Of a stretch of DNA of 64,000 bases, positions 36,711-50,492 are shown in pieces (position 1 is the first letter of the stretch; every line of letters starts with the position of its first letter). This DNA is from Raja brachyura (taxonomy: Eukaryota). The notes under the pieces were generated by a model. It searched no databases. It was not told the DNA's origin and saw nothing but the letters and a program-made list of their open reading frames with translations. The stretch lies in assembly GCA_963514005.1 (NCBI GenBank), contig OY740814.1, positions 11,718,001 through 11,782,000 of the forward strand. The letters are read 5' to 3'. A program made the translations under genes and the position numbers.

Positions 36711-36852
36711 TTAAACTTTTGTTTGAAGATATACAAACCATTTCATAGGCCCTGAAAAGGTTACGTCAAAAAAGTGGATTCCGCTATAAGACATCAAATA
36801 CTGCTCTGCAACGAAGCCTTATCATGAAAATAGGTATTTACTTTAATGCATG

Positions 36853-36944
36853 GTAAACAATAACGCTGGAGAAACTCAGCGGGTGAGGCAGCATCTATGG
36901 AGAGAAGGAATAGGCGACGTTTCAGGTCGAGACCCTTCTTCAGA
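36853..36944 (-). mobile_element. Solo Penelope-tail insertion with near-intact hammerhead core, 9-bp TSD
   Basis: Minus strand tctgaagaagggtctcgacctgaaacgtcgcc. TSD actttaatg at 36840-36848 and 36944-36952. Confidence 0.85.
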
Positions 36945-38929
36945 CTTTAATGTAACACCATTCACATCCATTTCAAGACACTTGTAATGTGTTTTTATGG
37001 CCAATCAAATACTTCTGGTGTTAGTCACTGCTGCAATGTTGGAGTAGGAATAATGAAGCATCTGGCCATGGCAAAGAGGCAAGTGATGTAAACGATGAGG
37101 AATTAGTTGATGAAATAGAACAAACAAGAAGACTGATCCTTCCAGTCTGGACCAGATACCATGTATATTATTCTAAGTAATTATATATTCATTCTCAACA
37201 CAGTTAAGCACGCAGACACTATAAAATAGACAAAATTAATTTAGTCTGATTTGCCATATTCTCTTCCCTCAGCGGCTTATTCGTTTTAAAAGTGTGACGT
37301 TACATCAGTACATTTTCTACACGATTTCTCTCATGAAAAGTCTAAATGTGCAGGTTCTCTTCTGAATTTCACTAACAGCTTGGTAATCTTAGGCATCCTT
37401 CTGGTCTACAACATAATGACCTAACAAAAAGTCACCCACATGCAACTGTGTTGTGCCTGGCTGCTTCTGCACACTTTAAGCAAACCAAAAGTTACTTGAG
37501 CAAGGATGAGCTGGATGTGCTTTACCTTGGGTGACAGATGATTCATTTTCACCAGGGACATGTCATTGCTCCTGGTTACTCTATTAACACGTTCACTGAT
37601 CTGTCTAACACCAGAACTTTAGGCTGTGATCCGAGCCTAATGCCTCCGAAGAATAATGTGACCATTCATAAGGGACGCTCTCACTGATCTTCGGCCATGA
37701 AAGCTCTATTCCAGATGCTGAAGGATTCGCCCCAAATGCCACTGACGACTGCAGTATAGATTACTATTTACTTAGGAATGATTTTCTGATCCAGCTATTC
37801 GATGCATAAGTTTTTGTGCATTCTGCATAAACCCACTACTTCTTAGAAAATAGGATGGTAACGATTTCGATTTTCAAATGGACCCTTAATTGTAAAAATG
37901 TCAAGGCTAAACTGGCATTGCCACGAACAGCAAGTGGTAAATTAGTAAGTACAGGTTTGACTCTGTTTATTATTTGCAAGGTGAGAATAACTTAATGTAA
38001 CTTAGTGTAATACAAAAGCATGTCATTCGCCAAATGAGTCGACTGAATAAAGAGATTGCTTGCTTTACAGTAGTTATCTATAGATTACTATACTGCATAT
38101 TTGAAGAAGAGCTAGTTAGTGTCAAGGCAGCTATGCATGACATTAATTTTGCAATATTTTGTGGATTGTAAACCAACGCACAGAAAAAAGCAGCTTACAT
38201 CTCTGAAGTTCAATGAGAATCTTACTCAAAGAATAGAGGAATAATATAAATTCCACTTACAAGTTGTAGCAGGGTTTCTTTGCATGAATATAAAAATGCT
38301 CTTTGTATTAATGTTTTCACACTTCTTGGGTTCTGGAAGTGCTTAATTTCTGCAGTAAGTAATTTTGGAAGTATTAAGTAAGGTATGACGTTAAAAGACA
38401 ACTTAAATGTCTTTGGAGATGCCTGCTGTGTGAAATGCATTACTTTTGTTTTGTGTGCTGTAACCAAGAGCTTAAAAGTAGAATGAAAAATCTGTTATTG
38501 CCAAAACACTATGGTCATTAGCCAATTCAGCCAATTGAAACTTTCCCCATAGATTTGGAACCATATGTGCTTTGAATTCCTTTTCTGAAATTTTATTTTT
38601 ACCATTTGGTATCATTTTGAGGAAGAGAATTCTTCCGGGTATTTCATTTTATCCAAATCCGCTTGTTGCTGTATAAATTCGGAATAAATTGATATAATAT
38701 CCTTGGCTTATAAATCCTATTTAACATTTTAAATCTTAACTATAACCACTTTCTCCTAAACCACAAAGTGCCAGCATTTTCAACATGTCCTCCTGTCTCC
38801 TTCTCCTTTGGATTTGAATGTCTTATTGCATTTGTTTCAAAGCAACCTGTTGTGAAGAATGTGCCGAATATGTTGTAAAGCCTTAACGTTTCCTTTATAC
38901 ATAGATAGGCCCTTACATTTACATTTTTT

Positions 38930-39045
38930 TGAATATGCAAGGAAACCAGAGCACGCAGAAGAAATCCACACAGTCACAAGAAAAACTTACAAACTCAACA
39001 CAGACAGTGCCTGAGGCCAGGATTGAACCAGGTACATCGAGTGCT
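38930..39045 (-). mobile_element. V-SINE (HE1-like) fragment
   Basis: ggaaaccagagcacgcagaagaaatccacacagtcacaag...acaaactcaacacagacagtgcctgaggccaggattgaacc is the reverse complement of the V-domain plus tRNA B box. Confidence 0.7.
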
Positions 39046-39089
39046 TAAGGACTAGGTGGGAGTTGATAATAAGGATTGCAGAGGTTACA

Positions 39090-39560
39090 AAGAGTCATAG
39101 AGCACGGAAACAGGCCATTTGGCCTAACTTGCCTTCGCCAACTAAGATGGCTACACCCACACGAGTCTCCCCTGCCCAGATTTGACTATATACATCGATC
39201 CTATAATGAATCTGTTCAAATGTCTTTTAAATGTTGTTACAGCAGCTCCCTCAACCACCTCTTCCACAGCAGCTCATTCCATATATCCACCACCCTCTGT
39301 GTGAAAATGTTGCCCCTCAGATTTCTATTGAATAGAAACATAGAAAATGGATGCAGGAGTAGACCTTTCGGCCCTTCGAGCCAGCACTGCCATTCAATAT
39401 GATGATATTGAATGGCAGTGGCTGATCATCCAAAATTAGTACCCCGTTCCTGCTTTCTCCCCATATCCCTTGATTCCGTTAGCCCTAAGAGCTATATCTT
39501 ACTCACTCTTGAAAACATCCAGTGAATTGGCCTCGACTGCCTTCTGTGACAGGGAATCTT
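39090..39560 (-). mobile_element. Two adjacent CR1 3'-end fragments
   Basis: agcacggaaacaggccatttggcc...caccaccctctgtgtgaaaa, then aggagtagacctttcggcccttcgagccagcac...ccccatatcccttgattcc. Confidence 0.8.
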
Positions 39561-41149
39561 TCTGCTCTCATATTAACTTTCCCCTCTCATCTTAAAGAGA
39601 GTGAAATTGCACTCCAGCTCTGCAGCAGGGAACTCGGCAGCCCACTTCAGTGGATCAGACAACAGGAAAAGTTGATGGAATGCTTAATTTACTGGAAAGT
39701 CTGTCGTGCAGGAACAGGCAAGAGTCCGGCGCCACATGGAATTAAGCAAAGGTGTCGAAGCCCTTCAGGGAAGGAAGGTGAGAAAATGTATTTCAGCTCA
39801 TCCGTGAAACTCTCCATGCAATGGAACAAGCCTGCACACATGTGAGTGTGCTGCAACAAAGGCTGCAGTAATGGAATCTTGGCCAGGGATCACCCTAGAT
39901 AATATGCTGATTAGGAGCAGGAGGAGCCTGCTCTACAATTCAATAACAGTTTGGTGATTGGACCATAACCTCAACTTCAAATTCCCCGCCCTTTCTATTT
40001 CCCTTTCCATACATGCTGCCTGACTTGCAGGGTGTTTCTAACATTTCCTATTTGTTGTATCACCGAATAAACCTTGTCTGCACTATTTCCAATTTGTTGA
40101 TATCCTTTCACTAAAGAAAGAGACTAATGTCATGTATTCATCACCTGAGGTATCACAGCACCCACCAACATCTTTCCAATTGATCAGGAAGATGGTAATT
40201 GATTTTGTATTATTGGAGGGAGGACAATGTGTTGGGAAGAGAGAGAAACATGAATGTTGGTGACTGCCAGATTGCACTTGAGGTTACTGGCGTCAGCATT
40301 GATTTGCGTCTTTATGATCCGGGCAAATTGAGCTTTCTACCTTGTACCTTCCCTTCTGTTCCTGTTCCCTCAATTCCCATTGCATTCTGTCTTCCTCATT
40401 TTAATCTTCCTCCACCCACACATCCACTCCTCAAATGAGCCTCTGCAATAAGGGATGATCCGCAGAGTGAACAGATTGAAGAGGTTACAGATGACCAGCA
40501 CAAACCCATACAACTGCCCAACTGTGTCAGTCAAAGTTCCTTCAGAAATATAGCTTGTAGCTGCTTATTGTACAGTCTACGTTGTTCTTCGAGCATGGTG
40601 ACGTTTACTGGACAGCTGCCAAGCACATGAATGAGGTCTTAGAATGGAGATCTGAATCACATCGTCAGGGGATAACTCTTGTTCCCATTAGCCAGCCTTG
40701 AACTTGCTGCAGTGAGGTAAATATAAACCTAACAGAGCGCTCTTACATGCTGCAGGAACCGAGACTGTTGCAAGGATAACCTGCGCCTGTGATCGCTTGC
40801 ATGAACAAAATGTAAGGCAATGTGCATAGTGTCAGTGACACCCTGCACTAAGTCTGTGCTCACCCTTGAGGTTTCTCCATCTGTTTATTACTGGCAAGAG
40901 GGAATGAAATAAAGCTGTCTCTCTCTGTACAGAACGCCTCAGGGACATTCCACAATTACCCAAATGCTGCAAACTGCATGAAGTTGCTTCTGTCACCAGC
41001 AGCCACCTGGAGGGAGAGAGAAACACAGAATTCAAGAGCCATGGTTACATTAATAGTCACAATTAACATGATTTTGTCCTGTCCCTGGTTAGCTGTTGTG
41101 GCTGCAACATTTGGCTTTGTTCATTACCATCCCTTTATTGAGGAGAAGG

Positions 41150-42285
41150 CATTGGTATTGGTGTCTGATTATCACATGTACTGAAATACATTGAAAAGAT
41201 TAGTTTGTGCGCTATCCAGTCAAATCATTCTTTACTTAAGTACAATCAGGCCATATACAGGTAGTGCAGAGAAGAGTGTTACAACTTAGTTCAGAATATA
41301 TAGTGTTACAGCATTATAGTATTACAACTACAGAGAAAAAAATTCAAGTGAGTTAGGTCGGAAGATCAAGTCTACACGATAACTTATGGGAGGACCGTTC
41401 GGTAGTCTGATAACAGCAGGTAAGAAGCTGTTCCTGAATCTGGTGGTTTGTGCTTTTAAGCTTTCTATCTTCTAGCTGATGGGAGAGTGGTGGAGATGGA
41501 ATGATCAGGGTAGAAAGGGTCCTAGATTATGCTGGCTGCTTTCCTGAGGCAGCTTGAAATGTATGAGTTGGCTGGTCTGAGTGATGGGCTGGGCTATATC
41601 CACAACTCTCAGACATTTCTCAAAGTCCTGGGCAGAGCAGTTGCCAAACCAAGCTGTGATGCATCCTGCAAGGATACTTTCCACAGTGCACCTGTAGAAT
41701 TTTGTTGGGGTCGATCAAGACATGCCAAACTTTCTTAGTCTTCTGAGCAGTAAAAACGTTGGTGTGCTTTCTTGGACGAGGTTCTAATGTGGTTGGTCCA
41801 GGACAAATTGACAAAGCATCTAAAGCAGTTGTCCATTCTGTAGATAAGGTATGAGAACGGTTCCTGATAATCTGTGGTGCATAGACGTTCTTTTGGGAGC
41901 TTCTCATACTCTCTATCTCGTCCTCTATACCAGCAGTCTATCCTCTGTACTTCCCAGCTGTGCTCAATTCTAAGGTGAAGATGCACTTGGCACTCCTGTC
42001 CTAACCGTGCTTTACCACAGTTCCTAAACAACCATAAAAGTCAATACCTCAACTTCTACAGATGTGAAATAGAAAGCATGCTGTCAGGTTGCATAACAGC
42101 TTGGTTTGTGAACTGCTCTGCCCAGGACAACAAGAAATTACAGAGAGTTATAGATGTAGCCCAGTCTATCACATAGACCAGACATCCTACCATTGACTCC
42201 ATCTGTACTTTAAACTGTCTTTGGATAGCAGGCAAAACAAAGCTTCACACTGTACCCCGGTACATGTGACAATAATAACCCTAAA
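41150..42285. mobile_element. Rex1/Babar fragments in inverted arrangement (41150-41860 minus, 42055-42285 plus)
   Basis: NLSWTNHI..KKAHQR.Y and accagattcaggaacagcttctt on the minus strand. Plus-strand copy ends cactgtaccccggtacatgtgacaataa. Confidence 0.75.
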
Positions 42286-44329
42286 CCTACCTACTCTGAA
42301 GAATGAATAGGAAATGTGTACAAAGGAACAGCAGATGCTAATTTCAACCGAAGGTAGACACAAAATGCAGAAATAACTCAGTGGGACCCAAAATCTGTTC
42401 CCTTAATAAATGTTTCCTATAAAACAGAAGCCACAAAAACAAGCAGTTAGCCCCTGCTCAAGACTAAACGTATTATACTTCCCAGCGATTTTTCTGATAT
42501 GTGCAACTTGCACATAAAAAGCTTGTGGATATTAGTTACATAGTATAATCACACAAATTTCTGTTTATTCTTCCATAATTAACACACCTACTGTGTCCCA
42601 GAATTATTAGAATTTTAGCTTTCTTTTTTTTTCTTTTTGATGCTTTGTTCACTTTCTTCTATTTGTGCATCTCATTGGCATTGATTTCTCAGTCTCATTG
42701 AAATGGTGTCAACATACAAATATTTGAGGGTATGTGCTCATGTTCTCCAGTCTGAATTCAGATGCATGTGGCAGATGATGTACAACTGCAACAAAGAAAG
42801 GCAACGCTATACTTGTTGAGGGAATGAGGAAGACATGCATTGGGCTACTGAAACAGTGCCAGAATCATTCAAGAGAAAGACTCATGTAAGGAAGTGTCAT
42901 AACAGCATCCTTTGCCTTCTCTTCAGGCAGTGGTTCCATCCTTTCTGTATCTTCTTGTGGAGGCTCAAAACTCCTCCATCACCTCCAAACCTTCACAGCA
43001 AGTCAATTTTGCAGGGCTTGTGAGTTTAGCCAAATTATATTGTGGAATTCCCTTGTGGTAGAAGTACGTCTGCAGTTGATAGTTAGTTGTATGTTCAACA
43101 CCTACTCTGGTGAATGAATAACTCGCTTAATAAATGTTTCCAATAAAATAAAACCTACAAAAAAACAAGCTGTAGGTTGAAGTTAAACGAGTTCAAGACA
43201 CGATTTTTAAGCCTTCTTTCAACTACCTCTAGCGTAAACACCTGCCATAGAGTTGTTGAGTTGAATGTTCATCCTCTGTGCTGAAAATAACATGTCTAGT
43301 CATCTATTTATTATTTTTATTTCTCTCCCCAGGTCTTCTACAAAAGGAAAATTTCCAAGAACCTCAGCAGGTGCACATAATCAAAAATGTATTTCTGAGC
43401 CTTAATTCAAATGTTCTCCAGCTTGATCCTTGATTTGCTCTGAGTTACCTGAACCCAGCTGGTAGCAGTTGGCTATTATAATTGGCCAAGTCTGACCAAA
43501 GAGCAAACAATATAAAGGGAACATAAATTCTTTATTCCTTCTGTCCAACCCACCTTTCTCTATCTCCTCTCTGACATGCTACATTGAAGCTGTGATGGTG
43601 AAATTGTTTCCTAACGTTCACCAGCAGAATACTTGTAAAAAACTGCGCTCCAGTACCTTCGAAGACAGAGTAAAGAGAGGCAGGGAAAAGCATTTGGTGC
43701 ATTAACTGAGAAGTACTGCTGGTTTCTTAATTTAATGTTCCTTAACAAAGACTTTGAAATTCATTGGTGCTGATGGAAGCATGCAAGTAAAACATTTTGG
43801 TTGTTGGGGTGTTGTTCAAATTTAACACTACCTGAGGCCCAATAAAGTAGTGTTATGAAACATAGCTTACTAAAGAATAGTCTTCCCATTGTCCACCTGC
43901 ACCTGCTACACAAAATGAATGGATAAATATGGTGCTGGGGCTGTACTGAAGGTAATATGGGCAAGGGGAAGGTGGAGAGGATTCAGTCAGGGGTCAGAAG
44001 TGGATGTTTAGGAGAGGATTGGCTGTTGGTGATTAGTACTCGTGGGACTTATGATGGGCACTTGGGCATGGTGAGGGGTCAATGAAGAGGTTGGCGAGTT
44101 GAGAATCTCTGATCACCAGCGAGATTGTTGGGAGATCAGAATCTGGGATTCAGAAGATTCAGGCATATGGGGTGTAAAGTCCACGTCAGGATCCAAGGAG
44201 AGTTCTAGAGCGGATGGGCTTCAAAATACTGGGTAAAGTCAATCATTGACAAAAACATACTTCATTCATGAGATGGACAGGAGCCATCCACACAAGGGCA
44301 TTAAATAAAGTCAGGCCTCAGCTCCCCTC

Positions 44330-44765
44330 TGTGCCAGATCTGAATAGCGTTCAATCCTCCAATCTTTCAAACATGTATGTACCCACACTTTTATATTCTT
44401 CTCATGATCCCAGCCTTCACAGTCCTCCCTGGGAGAGAATTTTAGAGATCCACACCCTCTATGTGTAAAAATTTCATATGCACCTCAGTTTGAAATAAGC
44501 AAACTTCATCTTGAGACTATGTCCCCTCGTTTGAGACTCTCCCTCTTGAAACATCCCAACATCTGCTTTGTCATGTCCCCATAGGATCTTATAATGTTCA
44601 TTCAGATCACCCCTCATTCTTCTAAGCTCCAAATAAAACACACCTAACCTATTTAAGGCTCTTGAGAGGCCAACTCAATTTGCCTGACAAATCTCTTTTG
44701 GACTGCCCCCATTGTTGCTACTATATATCCTTTCTAAGGTAATGGAAGCAAAACTATGTGCATTT
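44330..44765 (-). mobile_element. Old CR1 LINE fragment
   Basis: cacaccctctatgtgtaaaa, cagatcacccctcattcttcta and caaaactatgtgca are reverse-complement CR1 RT C-terminal motifs. Confidence 0.65.
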
Positions 44766-45529
44766 ATATTTGTTTTCTTTCCAACAGCTTTTCTCAAGCT
44801 TCCTGTCCCTGAAAATGTTTGCCACATGAACCAACAATTAGTCACATGAAGCAATCCTTAGATTGATGACAACATTAAAAGAACATTTAATATGCAGAGG
44901 CCACAATACCTATGACACATATGTTACACTCCTCCTCGAATACCTCCACAACAGGTCCATGGCAGACAGGCACTATCTCCCTGGAACAACTGGATAACAA
45001 AGGCATCTACACCAGATTCCTATTTATTAACCATAGCTCAACCTTCAGCTCCACCTTCACACTAACCTGAGAAAGGAACTGGAGACAACATTTCAAGATA
45101 AGGGGATGATCATTTAAAACTGATACATGTGGATATTTCTCTTGTAGAGAGTAATTAATTGTTAAAATTCTCTACTGCCGAGAAGGATTTCTCGCATAAC
45201 ACCACTATTGTCATGGTACCAACACTGCAGCAGGTCTATGGGGATCTCTAGCACCTTTGGAACTGTGCGCTTGCCAAATTATCCACATCCTTAGGACAAA
45301 TAGAAGAATATTCCAACTGTTCATTTCCCCCCAGTAGATGCTGCCTGACCCACTGAGCTCTTCAACCTGTTTGTTTTTTTGCAGAACATTCCTGTTGCTA
45401 TAGCAAACCTGACTGGGTTAAGCTAATTTTATATATTAAGCACTTATTCTTAATCAGATAGCAACGAATAGTTGATTATTCCCAATACATTCAGGCATGA
45501 CAATGCTTTGATTCTCATTTGCCTTTGTT

Positions 45530-45900
45530 TCAGAAGGGAAGTAGAGCTAATGAAGGAAATTATAGGTTGGTGAACCTCAGGTCAGTGGTAGGGAGCTATT
45601 GGAGAGGATTCTTTGGGATAGGACATTAGCATTTGGAAGAGAATTGGATAATTAAGGACAGTTGACATACCTCTGTCTGCAGTGTGTCCTGTTTCACTAA
45701 ATTGATTGATTTTTTTGAGGAGGTGATGATGGTGATTCATGAGGACATGCAGTGAATATTGTTAACTTGGATTTTGATTAAGCACTTGATCAAGTCCCTC
45801 AAAATAGGCTGATCCTGAAGATTAAGATGTATGGGATCCATGGTGACTTGGGAAGTGTGGATTCAGATCTGATTTAACTATAGAAGGCATGTAGAAGACA
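45530..45900 (+). mobile_element. CR1 RT internal fragment
   Basis: GNYR.V.L.SVVG..LERI, ttcactaaattgattga (TNL) and DF..A.D.VP..RL..K..YGI.G. Confidence 0.7.
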
Positions 45901-46361
45901 GTTGTATTCTATTTAAAATATTAGTCCATCGTGGTTTGCTTTAAAATCAATTTGAGCAAGCGGCGCAGAAATGTTAACAGAATTACCTTTTCCAGGAGAA
46001 CCTTATCACTGAGGCGCTTCAGTTACAGACTCACACAATTTGCTATTGTCTTTGTTCTATTCATGTACCTGAGTTTTGCCTAATATCACAATTCCATGCA
46101 CTTGTCCACACTGGGTCCCTGGTGGTAGTCCTGAAACTGTCCAAATTGTACTCACCCTTGCAAACTACTAGCCCGCCATCCTCTGTGGCTGTAGCGACCA
46201 AAGGGCAAATATCTATTGTAGAAACATGGAAAATAAGCGCAGGAGTAGGCCATTCGGCCCATCAAGGCAGCACTGCCATTCAATATGATCATAGCTGATC
46301 ATCCAAAATCAGTACCCCGTTCCTGCTTCCCCCCCCCCCCCCCCCCCATATCCCTTGATTC

Positions 46362-46498
46362 AGTGTGTAGGAAAGAACTGCAGTTGCTGGTTTAAATCGA
46401 AGGTAGACACAAAATGCTGGAGTAACTCAGCGGGACAAGCACCATCTCTGCAGAGAAGGAATGGGTGACGTTTCAGGTCGACACCCTTCTTCAGACTG
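46362..46498 (-). mobile_element. Solo Penelope-tail insertion nested in CR1, 9-bp TSD
   Basis: Minus strand cagtctgaagaagggtgtcgacctgaaacgtcacc. TSD ccttgattc at 46353-46361 and 46499-46507. Confidence 0.88.
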
Positions 46499-47343
46499 CC
46501 TTGATTCCATTAGCCCGAAGAGCTATATCTAACTCTCGCTTGAAAACATCCAGTGAATTGGCTTCGACTTCCATCTGTGGCAGAGAATTCCACATATTCA
46601 CAACTCTCTGGGTGAAAATGTTTTTCCGCATCTCAGTCCTAAATGGCCTACCCCTTATTTTTAAACTGTGACCCCTGGTTCTGGACTCTCCCAACATCGG
46701 GAACATTTTTCCTGCATCTAGCCTGTCCAATTGCTTAAGAATGCTGTATGTTTGTATAAAATTCCCTCTCATCCTTCAAAATTCCAGTGAATAGAAGCTC
46801 AATCGATCCAACATGTGTCCGTCCCACCATCCCAGGAATTATCCTGGTGAACCTACACTGGACTCCCTCAAGAGCAAGCATGTCCTTCCTCAAATTAAGA
46901 GACCAAAACTGCACGCAATACTCCAGGTGTGGTCCCACCAGGGCCCTGTACAACGGCAATAGGACCTCCTTGCTCCTATACTCAAATCCCCTTGCTATGC
47001 AGGTCAACATGCCATTTACTTTCTTCATTGTCTGCTGTACCTGCATGCTTACTTTCAGTGACTGATGTACAAGGACACCCAGGTCTCGTTGCACCTTCCC
47101 TTTTCCTAATCTGATACCATTCAGATAATAATTTGCCTTCTTGTTCTTGCCACCAAAGTGGATAACCTCACATTTATCCACATTATACTACATCTGTCAT
47201 GCATCTGCCCACTCACCCAACATATCCAAGACACCCTGCAGCCTCATAGCATCATTCTCGCAGCTCACACTGCCATCCAGCTTTGTGCCATCCGCAGACT
47301 TGGAGATGTAACATTGAATTATTTTGTCTAAATCATTAGTGCA

Positions 47344-47916
47344 CAGTGCCCTCCATAATGTTTCGGACAAAGACCCATCATTTATTTATTTGCCTCTGTA
47401 CTCCACAATTTGAGATTTGTAATAGAACAAAATCACGTGGTTAAAGTGCACATTGATTTTAGTCAGCCTAAAGTTTGGCTGATGTCTCTAGCAGTTCTAT
47501 TTCTGTTTCTCAGTCTCATAATGACTTCTTTGACTTTCATTGACACAACTTTGGTCCTCATATTGATAAACAGCAATAAAAGTTTACAAAGGTGATGGAA
47601 AGACTGGAGTAAAGACTAGGTGCTGAGAACTCTATTGTACCAGCATTGAGGAGGCAATTAAACACATCTGAGCAATGACAAACACCTGTGAAGCCATGTG
47701 TCCCAAACATTATGGTGCCCTGAAATGGGGGGACTATGTATAAACACAGCTGTAATTTCTACATGGTGAAACCAAAATGTATAAAATAGCCTTTAATAAA
47801 AACTGACAATGTGCACTTTAACCACATGTGTTTTTTTTATTACAAATCTCAAATTGTGGAGTACAGGGGCAAATAAATAAATGATGGGTCTGTCCCAAAC
47901 ATTATGAAGGGCACTG
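47344..47916. mobile_element. Internally deleted Tc1/mariner element (IR/DR type)
   Basis: TIRs cagtgccctccataatgttt... and ...aaacattatgaagggcactg match over ~110 bp. Inner direct repeat tgtcccaaacattatg at ~47699. Right flank TA, left flank CA. Splits the CR1 FTIY|.NDLD motif. Confidence 0.88.
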
Positions 47917-48202
47917 TATATGGTAAATGACTGGGTTCCCAGCACAGAGCCTTGCGGCACCCCACCAGTCACTGCCTGCCATTCTGAAAAGGACCCATTA
48001 AATCCTACTCTTTGCTTCCTGTCAGCCAACCAGTTCTCTTTCCATGTCAATACCCTACCCCCAATACGATGTGCTTAATTTGCACACTAATCTCTTGTGT
48101 GGGACCTTGTCAAAGGCTTTTTGGGCGTCCATATATACCACACCCATTGCCCCTCCCCGATCCATTCTATTTGTTTCCTCTTCAAAAAATTCCAGAAGAT
48201 TA

Positions 48203-48350
48203 GACAGAGCTCATTAAAGATAGCGGAGTCAAGGGCTATGGGGAGAAGGCAGGAACGGGGTACTGATTGTGGATGATCAGCCATGATCACATTGAATGGT
48301 GGTGTTGGCTCGAAAGGCCGAATGGCCTACTCCTGCACCTATGGTCTATT
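48203..48350 (+). mobile_element. CR1 3'-end fragment inserted antisense into the older CR1
   Basis: gtcaagggctatggggagaaggcaggaac...gaatggcctactcctgcacct, flanked by attag on both sides. Confidence 0.75.
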
Positions 48351-50282
48351 AGTCAAACATGATTTCCTCTTCATAAATCCATGCTGATTGACCGATCCTG
48401 TCACTGCTATTACATCTTTAATAAGAAACTTAAACATCTTCCGATGTCAGGTTAATTGGTGTATAATTCCCTGTTTTCTCTCGCCCTCTTTTCTTAAAAA
48501 GTGGGTTTACATTAACTATCCTTCACTCCACCATAATTTGACATTGTTTTAAAATCATGATCAATTTTACTTTTTTTTTGTTTCAATGCCACCCTTCCCT
48601 GACCATTTTTGCCTTAACCCAACAATTTATTAAAAATTGCCCATGCTCATTAGGTTTACAATCGTGTGTCCTGCTCCAAATTGAATAACAGGGCACTTTT
48701 CCACATTAAAATCCATTAAGTATTACTTTGCTCTTATTTTAAAGCTGTTCCTTTTCCCATTACTAGACTTTCCTACGGCAGTTTCCAAGCACTATCATTT
48801 GATGTCATTAACGATTTGTTTAAACACGTTACTGTACTGCGCTCTGTCATATATGATGTGTAAACAGAGAACGCTAGGAACCAACCCTGTTGGTGCAACT
48901 GTTTACAGAGGAGGCCTCCATTTATCAGCACTCTCTACTTTCTAATTCAACACTAATTTGTTCTCAATTCTTTGCACCATTATCTACTTCAAATGCCTCA
49001 AGTATGGAGCTTGCATGTCACTGCTGTTTGACAGCATAGTGGTAGTCTCTTCACCTCTGTAATAATATTTGCATAATACTCAGATTAGAGTCAGCAAACA
49101 CCTGGGATCATTATGTTCAGTGCAGCTTCTGGAGTTCAAGAGGTCACCGCATAAATTAGTTAAGCGCAGAACTGGATTGAACCAGTTCTCAAGATACTGC
49201 ATTAAAATTGCGTGTTCTGTGAAGCAGAAATAAGGAACCCACCGGGTAGAAACAGTGACAACATCACTACATGCCTCTCACATGCCTGCCTAATGTTTTA
49301 CTATAATGTGCGAGTCTTCAGGCAGCACGTTCAAACAGCAGAGAACTCACTCAACAAACATTCTCTGGGGAATAAATGATGTCTAGAAGCACTCTACCAG
49401 AAAGTCGCACAGCCAGTGGGTTTGAATTACATTAGATGGAAGAGTGAAACTTAGGCGGTTTATTGTCACCAAGTTCTTGACTGATGTTCTTGTCTTGACT
49501 GCTCAGGTCGTGTTTACCTTAAGATCATGTATAGTTGGTACAACAAGCTTAACCTAACTCTCCTTCTTCACATTTGATTCAGTCTAAACATGGTTATAGT
49601 CAAATGCTAGATTTGCATTGCAGATGCAGATCTGATAACAAAGGCATCCCTAATACATAGTTTCAGTGGTGCAATCTGCGGCATCAATGCAATTACCAGA
49701 CACCAACAAAGTGTCACATTTTAATCCTTGTTAATGGCATTGCAGGATTTTTCCATAAGTCATGTGAGGGTTAACAGCAAATTCCTGTTAATACAGTGCA
49801 GCAAGTGCCAGCAATAACATTTTTAGATTGTGTTTGATGGTGTGAGGCCAAACTCAGTGCAGTACTGATAATTTACATTTTATTATTACAGAGATTTTAA
49901 TTACAAGCTTTCATCCCAAAAGATCTGAGAGTGCCCAGATGTTGCCTGCCAATTCAGAAATCTGTACGTGTTAGTCTATGCATTTGGTGCGATTAGGCAC
50001 GTGCACTCTCTGTGCAGCACGTGACTTTTCCTTTATGCAGCTGCAACCATAATCCAAATCTGTTAAGGAAGAAAGGATCCAGTGCAAACCTGCCTGATTA
50101 TCTTATTTCGGACTCATTCTGTAGTCTAATATACAGGGCGTTTGATCATCTGTAGTCTGGATTGTAGTTGGGCTATGCTTCTTGAAGTTATTATAAATTC
50201 CATCATAGGCAACGGATGTTTCTGATTCTACAACCTGATTGCCCTTTGAACTGACCAGGCCATTTCAGAGGGCAAAAACCCC

Positions 50283-50492
50283 CACAAAGTGCTGGATTAC
50301 TACAACGGGTTAGGCAGCATCAATGGAGGATATGTATAGATTATGTTTTGGATTGGGACCCTTCTTTGGAGTCTGAAGAAGGGTCCCAACCTGAAACATC
50401 ACTTATCCATGTCCTCCAAAGATGCTGCCCTGACCTGCTAAATTATTCCAGTACTTCGTCTTTTTTTTGTAAACTAACATCTGCAGTTCATT
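50283..50492. mobile_element. Head-to-head inverted pair of Penelope tails
   Basis: ttgggacccttctttggagtctgaagaagggtcccaa lies at the centre, and the arms are reverse-complement homologues. Confidence 0.8.

Larger units (their letters stand above)
46222..48530 (-). mobile_element. CR1 LINE (RT through 3'UTR), interrupted by three younger insertions
   Basis: WLADRKQRVG.NGSFSEWQAVTGGVPQGSVLG, DKCEVIHFG..QRDLGV..HLEYCVQFW, TRGHSLKI..FTQRVVNMWNSLP. Confidence 0.93.

Noticed and set aside
37526-37750. Exon-like segment on the minus strand (ctgcag ... AAG|gtaaag)
   Set aside because: Stop codons in all three frames, so at most non-coding, with no further support.
40083-40277. LINWKDVGGCCDTSGDEYM as a hAT catalytic-region relic
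   Set aside because: Similarity is too weak and no second motif or terminus was found.
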